Assembly: GCA_032718475.1 (NCBI GenBank)
Contig: JAUCBJ010000022.1
Span: 1-64,000 of the forward strand
DNA length: 64,000 bases
DNA from: Nemertoderma westbladi
Taxonomy: Eukaryota; Animalia; Xenacoelomorpha
Direction of reading: 5' to 3'
Within the stretch, counting starts at the first letter, position 1, and each line of letters starts with the position of its first letter. Positions 55,963 through 64,000 of this stretch are shown here, one piece after another. A program made the translations under genes and the position numbers. The notes beneath the pieces are model-generated. The model had not been told where the DNA came from. It saw only the letters and a list, made by a program, of their open reading frames with translations, and ran no database searches.

Positions 55963-56978
55963 TGAATGAATGAATGAATAATTCGTTTAATTTCCTGTAC
56001 ATAATGGAGGAATGTAAATAGGAAAATTACCGTTAATCACAAACACAGATTACATAAAACTTTATAATTACAGAAATAACACGTTAAAATTACTTTAAAA
56101 AGTATGATAAAATCCCCCCCCAGCCCCCCCCCCCCCCCCCCCGGTAGCTAAAAATTGAATAATTCCAGTAAAAATAAATAAAACTTTAAACCGTATATGT
56201 CACTTGTTAGCTGAGATTAGCAACTTAATAAAAATTAAAATCAGGCTAAGTAAAATAATAAATAAATAAATAAAAATTGAAAATACGTTGACAATTGAAC
56301 GATAAGCCTACAAACTAGATAAATAAAATAAAATTAAAATTAAAAATAACGTGCCAATATTTAAGAATTGTAGATAAAACTATAGGGGCCTACATAAATA
56401 AAATATCATTGCATGAAAATCGGTATCTCATTGTTTATTAGATATCTAATAGTACTTGGACCGAAAGAGTTATGAAACATCTTGGTCCGTGTATCAGGCA
56501 TTCTGTAATTATTGCGAGTTGCGGTGGAGTTTGATCGGCAACCAATAATGAAAGCGTGTAGAGGATGACTCGGCGTGTCTACAATCTTCTTTACCATGTT
56601 GGTGAACTGTTTGGAAAACGCATCGTTTATAATGTTCATGTAAACTTGTTTTTCAATTAGAGTGTTTTGCAAACAGCGACAGTGGCCTCTTTAACTTCTT
56701 TTTGAGATTCTTTGGAATGAGGGGGACCCACGCAACCGCACAGTACATATATTGTGGTACAATGTAAGTTTCAAAGATAAATATTTTTGTATCTTTATTT
56801 GCAAACCGGATGAAGAAACTGAATTGGCGAACTATGTAATTTACCCTTTTTATAAGTTTAAATATAAGAGTTTTCCATGATAGATTATTTGCAATCCATA
56901 TTCCAAGATGTTTCACTTCGGACGGACGCGGAACCTCGTCACCATCTATGTGGATTATTTCTTCTGCGATATCTAGAA
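55963..56978 (-). mobile_element. 5'-truncated, frameshifted LINE fragment (CR1/L2-group-like): C-terminal ORF2, 3'UTR and (ATTC)n tail
   Basis: VKHLGIWIANNLSW and YIVPQYMYCAVAW in one frame; HPLH and RTKMFHNSF..STIRYL in a second frame (shift near 56650-56700); stop at 56406. ATTAAA followed by (ATTC)4 on the minus strand at about 55990-55963. Confidence 0.8.
56114..56142. repeat. Poly-C/poly-G tract (C8 AG C19)
   Basis: Directly visible, inside the LINE 3'UTR region. Confidence 0.9.
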
Positions 56979-57624
56979 CCCTGTATGGAATCCATCCAAA
57001 AAGTGCGCCGGATAGCGCGCCGACCTGCCGACCAATTTTTATGCGCGCCGCGCCGCTCTTATGCCATTTCGAAGAAAAACCCCGCGCCAACTAAATTTTT
57101 AAGCACGCCGATGCAATTTCGAAGAAACCCCGCGCCAACTAAATTTTTAAGCGCGCCACACATTGAAACAATTTTGAAGAGCGCCACGCCAATGCAAATT
57201 CAATTTTGAGGGAGTGTAACCAATCTGTCAGTCTGTCAATGTCAGTCAGTAGGATCAGTACTGATGTACCAGTCCCTGCCAGCCTGCTGCGCTGCCCTTT
57301 ATCTGTATACAACAGTAGCCTAACCACTGAACCATACAACAGAAAAAGAAAGGCGAGCGTAGCGAGCCGAAATTTTTAAACAGCTAATGCTATTTTTAAG
57401 GCACTTATCCATAATTGTTAAACCTGTTTAAACTAACAAATCGGCGCCGGTTTTTATTTTTGGGAGCGCCAAAGCTGAAAGCCGGCGCGCTTTACAATTT
57501 TCAAGCGCGCCACGCACCAAAGTCGGCGCGCTTTACGATTTTCGAGCGCGCCACGCATTGGCGCGCTTTTATTGCAAAGTGCGCCGGATTATTCCGGCGC
57601 AAAGTGTATGGATTCCAGTCTGGG
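56979..57624. mobile_element. MITE-like non-autonomous DNA element with imperfect terminal inverted repeats (CCC...GGG) and GCGC(G)CC subterminal repeats
   Basis: Left end CCCTGTATGGAATCCATCCAAAAAGTGCGCCGGA versus reverse complement of right end CCCAGACTGGAATCCATACACTTTGCGCCGGA. Many GCGCC/GCGCGCC motifs at both ends and an internal duplication of about 49 bp (57063-57157). No TSD seen. Confidence 0.7.
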
Positions 57625-57945
57625 CTGCAATGAACAGATGAAGAATGAAACAAATTCGAAACGGGCAAGGTCGGATTGCCTGATTGCTTGCTACGTAGTT
57701 TTACAGTAGATAGCTCACTTGAACAAATTTAAAATTAAAAATAAGGTAGGCCTAGGCCTACAATTCTGCAATTAATTGATATCATACTGTCTGTGTCTGA
57801 CTGTCATAAGATGATAAGCCAGTAAGCCTGTAGGCCTAAGCAGATAAGAACAAAACCAACAGAACGAGGCAGCAGGGTGGAATTAATACGACTGTACGAG
57901 GCTGTACAGAAGTTAAGCACACTAGACTGCTAGACAGTCGGTGAG

Positions 57946-58225
57946 AAGTCAAAAATTGGACTTGAGTCCAAAATTGGACTTCGACTCCAGTTCAAGTCCA
58001 AAATTGGACTTCTGTGAGTCCAATATTGGACTTCAAATCAGCCAATTGTTCCAGGGCCTTGGTTAATTGGATCGGGCGGGATTTTTTTTTTTAATCGAAA
58101 ATATATCAAAAAATAAGAGTTTTGAACAGGGGGACCTGAAATTCACCAGGGGGAACTTTTTTTATAAGGCTTAGAATTTTACAAAAGTCCAATATTGGAC
58201 TTTAAGTCCAATTTTGGACGCGACA
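57946..58225. repeat. Cluster of six 18-bp palindromes (AAGTCCAATATTGGACTT-like), probably a small non-autonomous transposon
   Basis: Copies start at 57946, 57964, 57994, 58016, 58185 and 58204, flanking a core of about 150 bp. Confidence 0.75.
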
Positions 58226-58915
58226 TTGAGATTCAAACTTAAATGTACATGAAGCATAACAGATGAGAGACAGCCAGACAGCTATTAAGTTATGGAAAGT
58301 TACCTTTGCAGCTCTGTATGTACTGACTGATGTATCTTCAGTGTACTGTACTTAGAATATAATGGTACATTCTAGCATTCTAGGTACTTTGTAATTTACT
58401 CTTTAGCATATTGTTTAGTTTACATTCATGTTATGTCTAACCTTCGCCTTACAGCCTAGTACCCAGGACTTTAGAGTCTTTAGGACTAGATTAGATTATG
58501 CTCCAAGAAATATTTAATTACAAATTATATTTGGTGAAAACTGGTAGCAATGCCAGGTTTGCCAACTGCAGCTGCTGCTAAGGCTAACTACAGTACACAG
58601 TACAAGCTACGATTTCGTCTAAGCCTATAGGCAGATCCAGATAGGAGCCCTATCAGAAAGAAATACTACAACATTGATGCTACCACCACCATCTCTTCAA
58701 ATTTTTCCATACAACAGGAAGGGTATTTTAAAACGGCTGGATAATGAAAGGGGATTAACTGATTAACGGGTTGGTGTGAGCGTTTTTGCTTTAATCGCTC
58801 TGATTCTGTCAGTTATGCGTGATTTAATCTTAATGACCGAAAAACATTGTGATAACATAATAGTAATAACAGGAATGTTTATTGAAGAATGTTAGAATTT
58901 AATATCATCAAAATA

Positions 58916-59289
58916 TGTTCGGTAAAAAGATACACTTCGGATTCCCTAATAACAGAATGAATTTCATCGCGGTTGTTAGTTGATTAAATAGGTTGAGATA
59001 CGAAGGGACAGGGAAGTTGTAAAGAAGAGCTGTCATAGGTCAATGTGTCTTATTGTCATTGTATGCGGTATTAGAGCTGGTGATAATTGGCGAGAGTTGA
59101 ATAGTGAATGTAGCAATTAGATTACCCGGCCAAGAATGTATAGTAGTAGATATCAGCTGATATTATAAACATTATATTATATTGAATGCTAGCGGTTGGA
59201 TTTTGTGGGCTAATATGCTCGAGCTGACTTGTTACAAGCATTGTACGAAATAAGGGGTATTTTTTACTGGTCATGTACAATCTGTAACA
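58916..59289 (-). repeat. Putative 3' LTR (TGTTACAG...CCGAACA), preceded by polypurine tract AAGGGGGGAC at 59299-59290
   Basis: PPT then TGTT at 59289 is clear. The AACA end at 58916 is only a candidate; an AATAAA near 58880 could mean the LTR extends further. The partner LTR is not in the window. Confidence 0.6.
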
Positions 59290-60051
59290 GTCCCCCCTTG
59301 AGATATTGCGAAGCCAAAATCTCAAAAAAATTTTATTTTATTTTTTTTTTGTGGGGGAAGGGCGCTAGTAGACTGTTTGCCCGTGTCTACTTTCCTTTTT
59401 TATTTGCAACCCTTTTCTTTTACTTTATTTTACCGAATAGCATTCATTTGAGATAAGGGTCTTTTATTATTAATTTGTTTTTAATTTTAAATTTTATTAT
59501 TTGTCTATTTATTTATTTTATTTTAATATCGATTATTATAGAGATTGTATAGTACAGTATAACATACGGTAGCTAGTATATAGTATATAGCATAGACTAG
59601 AGTGACGATTTTAGATTATTTCGTTCTGTCTCTGTGGTCGAAACTAGTCTTGTCAATATAGTCTGATAATAATGTTTGAGAGAAATGTTAAATGAGTTAG
59701 ATGTTAGTGAGTGTTAGTGAGAAATCGTATTGCACAAACTATAATACTAAATATATAAATGCAATAAACATTGAACTACATACAAACAGTACATATAATA
59801 CTATATATAAAATGCACAACATAGAGAAATATATTATTGTAAAAGTCCCTTCACCGTCATTTATGGTTCATATGAATAATTAATGTTCTTTATTATCTTC
59901 TAGTGGTTGCCCTTTATGTGGTTGTCCGTTGTCTCATCTGAGGTACGGTACATGCCTCTGATTGCATCTACATTGCTGAGGGTTTCCAAGAGTACTGTAT
60001 GAATGTCGTACACCCCCTGAAAATAATTAAGGTAATATAATGTAAACATTT

Positions 60052-63000
60052 CTATTTTTCAATGGATATAACGTCAGATTCTAATAAGCAAAGCTTATCT
60101 ACATGACGCTTATAAACCCCTGCTGGAGTTTTTACTGAAGCATGGCGGACAATTCCGTCGGCATCTGGGAACACTTGGATGATACGTCCCCATTGCCACT
60201 GTGATCTAGGCTGATGATCGTCATAGATCAGTACTGCGTTGTCTACCCGCAGGTTATCACGTTCACGGTTCCATTTGTTTCTGGTTTGTAAAGTCACTAC
60301 GTACTCCCTGAGCCACCTCTCCCAATAGTTAGTGGCTATTAGCTGGGATTGACGCCAAGTACGAGTAGAATAAGAGTCACTATCGTAAACTGGCCCTATG
60401 TGTACGTTGTAGGCAGGACGTTGTAGAAGGAAGTGGTTAGGTGTGAGTGGTTCCTCACCTGTGATGTCGTTATTTACGATGCTAAGCGGCCGACTGTTCA
60501 TTATTGATTCCACCTCTGTTATACTTGTGAGTAATGTGTCATCGGTTACTAAATTTTTATTAATTATGGCTAGAGTGGTTCTTTTAGCTATCTGTATTAA
60601 CCTTTCATGTACTCCACCCGTGTGGGGCGCTAGTGGTGTCAAGAAGTGCCATTCAGTCCCATTCGGCCTTGAGAATTCAACTAACTCATCTTCCCAGGTT
60701 TGTAAGTTACTTCTAAGTTCTGACTCGGCCCCGATAAAGTTTGAGCCGTTATCAGAGTCGACCCTCTTTGGGGGGCCCCGTCGGGATATAAACCGACGAT
60801 ACACGTTGATGAATGCGTCAGCTGATGCATTCATTGCGATGTCAAGATGAACTGCTCTGCAGTTTTGGCATGTGAATAATATTCCGTATCTTTTATTAGT
60901 GGTACTGCGACCTCTTAAAGTGTATAGGGGTCCCCACATATCCACTGTGGAATAAGTGAATGGGGGCTCGTATGGCGTTAGTCTCGATGCTGGTAATGGT
61001 GACATTAATTGCTCCATTCTCCTTGATTTGATCCAGCGGCAGATGAAGCATTTTCCAGTCATGGCTTTAGTTATTGCTTGTACGCTAAGTATCCAATATT
61101 TTTCTCTAAGCTTACATACAACGTGTGAGTATCCTGCGTGACCTAATTTTGTATGTACGTCCCATATCAACGCCCGTGTTATTGAATGTTTCTTTGGTAG
61201 TATAATTGGGTATGCGGCGTCATATGATATGGGCGCCTTACTGATACGACTACCTACTCTGATTAATCCGTCATTACCTAGGTGGGGGCTAAGCTTTGCA
61301 ATTGGGCTATTTCTAGGCACTGGGGAATTATTAGATAGGCATTTATATTCTTCTTTGAATGTTTGCGTTTGTGTAAAGAACAGAAGCCTTTTGCCGGATT
61401 TTTCTAGCTCCTGAGCACTTACCACTATGTTTTTTAACATGATCGGATCGATAGAGTACTTACATAACCTTATCAACCAGGCGAATAATATTCTTACCTT
61501 ATTCCAGGATGAATTCCTGTCTATAATTTTAGTGATAGCTTCTATTGTGCTGTCGTTCATGTCTGATTCACAACTGTCCTTAAATCTTACCTTTTTGGTG
61601 TGAAGTTCTTCCAGAATACTATACCAGAAATCCTCTGTCCCCTCCGTGACGTCATCAGAGACTTCACTATCGTTATCGACCTCTGATATTTCGCCCGTAT
61701 ATTGAATTTTCACATCAGGATCATCTCTAATGGCGTCGGTCCATTCTGATTTGTTTTGGATTCCGGGCCATTGGGATTCGTCTTGAGAAAGGAAAGTGGG
61801 CCCATACCACCATTGACGACGATCCTTCAACCCTTTAGCAATGAGTCCCCTGCTAATGTCGTCGGCTGGATTTAGTTCACCTTGAATGAAAAGCCATTGG
61901 TTACATTCGGATTGTTCTAGAATATGATTTACTCTGTTAGTTACATACCTTTTAAACTCTTTGTCCTCATTGTTTATGTATCCTAGAACTACTTTGGAGT
62001 CAGACCAAAATGTTGACTTTTCGATTTTAAGGTTGAGTTCTTCCTTGAGAGTTCGGCCAACGTCAGCGACTATTACTGCCGCCTGCAACTCCCGTCTGGG
62101 CGTTGACAACCCGCTAGAAACTGAGGAAATTTTAACCTTGGAAAATAAATATGATATTGTTATATGGCCATCCATTTCAACTCTAAGATATGAAATGCAA
62201 CCGCATGCTACTTCGGAGGCGTCGCAAAAGTGATGTAATTGGTACTTTATATTTTCTAATGCCTGAGTAAAGCTATGGTACACTCTGGGTATCTGTATGA
62301 CCGACAGTTCGGCAATCTGTTGAGACCATTTGGTCCATTTTTTGATGTATTCCTGTGGTATTGGTTCGTCCCAACCAATACCGGAATGCCATATATCTCG
62401 TACAATTAATCTTCCCTTCACTACAAAGGGGGATAAAAAGTTCAGAGGGTCAAATATCGAGTTTACAACGCTTATGCATCCTCGCTTAGTTAGAGGGGCG
62501 TCCTTTTTCTGGAAATTAAAGTTAAAATTATCCAATTGGGTGTCCCAAATGACACCCAACACTCTTGTGGCTGGGAGGTTGTCCAGGTCTAAGTTTATGT
62601 ATTGTTTACCTAAGTGTGAGACATTCAATGCCTCTAAAAACTTTCTAGAATTAGACATGAATTTGTGTAATCTAAACCCACCTTTGGAAAGGCAAGCAAT
62701 GAGTTGTGGAGCCAGGTCTATTGCTTCTGGAACTGTATCTAAGGATTCACAGATATCATCTACATAAAATGATGTTAGTACACTGTTTATTACATTTTCA
62801 TCAAATTCGTCTGCATTATCCAACCCGGTTCTCCTTAGAGTGTGTGTGGCAATGCACGACGAATCTGTAGCACCAATTATATGTACAAGCATTTTGTAAG
62901 TTTCTATTTGGTTACTACCTATTGGCTTCTATAAAAATCTTAAGCTGTCGCTATCCTCATCGGTGACTTTCACCTGATGATACATGCCTTCTATGTCTGC

Positions 63001-63999
63001 TATGAAGGCAATGCTTCCCTTGCGGAAGCGCAATAGAATTCCTATAATTTTATTTGTCAAGTTAGGACCCTGTAAGAGGCAGTCATTAAGACATTCCCCC
63101 TTGTATCTGGCGGCGGCATCTTTTACAATGCGTATTGTGCCAGGTTTTGCTGCGCGCTCCACATAATGGTGCGGCAAGTAGTACGTTTGATTACTTACAT
63201 GTTGTTGCTCACTTAAATCTAGCTTTCTCGCGTAGCCTTTAGTTTCATATTCCTTTATCATATTATCATAAAGCAGATATTTATCCGGTTTACCTGTTAA
63301 TCTCTTTAATAACCCTTGTAACCTTACCTTAGCTAAGGGATAATTATTATGCAATACTGGTGGGCGCAATTTCCAGAGCATTCCTACGCAATAATGCCCA
63401 TTTATGAAACTAGTAGTGTCTTGTAGTATTTTTAGCGCCTTTTTGTCGTTCCTTGACATACTAAGTTCCTCATCCTTTAATTCTGAAGTATAAGTACTCT
63501 TCTCTGCTTGGCCATATTGCTCTAGTCCTAGGGATTGTAAAATTAGTGCGTTTGTCCCTTGTTGGAATTCCATATCTTCTTGAATGAAGTAATTATTACT
63601 CATTATTGGGTCTTCTTCCTGGTTTACTGGTCCAACGACACACCATCCAAATCGTGTTCGGATAGCTATGGGTGCTTCCGGGTCATCGACCTCTAGGATC
63701 TTGTCGTTTCTATGTACTTGAGGGTAATTCTGCCCAATTAGAATAGTAACCTGCGGTACATCTATATCGGGGTTTTCTAGTAGTGGGGTTAGATTCTGTA
63801 GATGTGGCCAGTTGTTTAAATTTAATTTAGTGTGGTCGTTACGATACTTATGGGTGTACTGGGAAACTACGTAAACATGTTTCATGTCTAAGAAGAATCC
63901 ACGTTTGGTCTGCATTTTGCCATCTACAGGGGTTACCTGGAATGATAGTTTACCAACTTGAACTAACTTACAGGGGTCGAATACCGTCTTGGCCTTTAT
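60052..63999 (-). pseudogene. pol: BEL/Pao pol polyprotein (RT, RNase H, integrase) interrupted by one in-frame TAG at 62931-62929
   Basis: RT: LNDCLLQGPNL, ADIEGMYHQV, LRFL*, GATDS, FYVDD. RNase H: FCDAS, PRRELQAA, WSDS, NPAD. Integrase: H..GH..C..C, VDMWGP, SDNGSNF, GGVHERLI. The two listed ORFs share one frame, which is open to the window edge. Confidence 0.92.
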
Positions 64000-64000
64000 T

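Larger units (their letters stand above)
58916..64000 (-). mobile_element. BEL/Pao LTR retrotransposon, 3' portion (pol, 3'UTR, PPT, 3' LTR); 5' part lies outside the window
   Basis: Domain order RT-RNaseH-integrase with BEL/Pao-type motifs; polypurine tract directly followed by TGTT. Left boundary uncertain. Confidence 0.93.

Noticed and set aside
55060-57840. Recurrent TAGGCCTA and ACCGGTA palindromic words
   Set aside because: Short, scattered and irregularly spaced; no structure supports a function.
57600-58900. Non-coding first exon or promoter of FAM53 (donor-like sites near 57718 and 58303)
   Set aside because: Several equally weak candidates; cannot be placed without transcript data.
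60443-63166. Plus-strand ORFs within the retrotransposon
   Set aside because: Antisense shadows of pol.

Overview
Eukaryotic (metazoan, probably invertebrate) DNA. Bases 1-52279 are one uninterrupted minisatellite array that runs off the left edge. It holds roughly 1,400 monomers (estimated from length): a 38-bp unit plus 30-bp and 32-bp deletion variants, arranged in layered domains. To its right is a minus-strand, intron-containing FAM53-family gene with coding exons at 55433-55350, 54965-54905 and 53618-53023, and a predicted fourth exon at 52349-52263. Further right are a 5'-truncated LINE fragment, two small non-autonomous DNA-element-like repeats and the 3' part of a BEL/Pao LTR retrotransposon. 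Main observation: on the gene's sense strand the satellite monomer is the exon 4/intron junction itself (CAGATACGCAATCACAG|GTGAGTGCGGGTAAGGGCAAA). The gene therefore appears to be transcribed into a >52-kb intron made of more than a thousand tandem copies of its own consensus 5' splice site, each on a small hairpin. Exon 4, and hence this interpretation, is predicted from splice signals and reading frame only.
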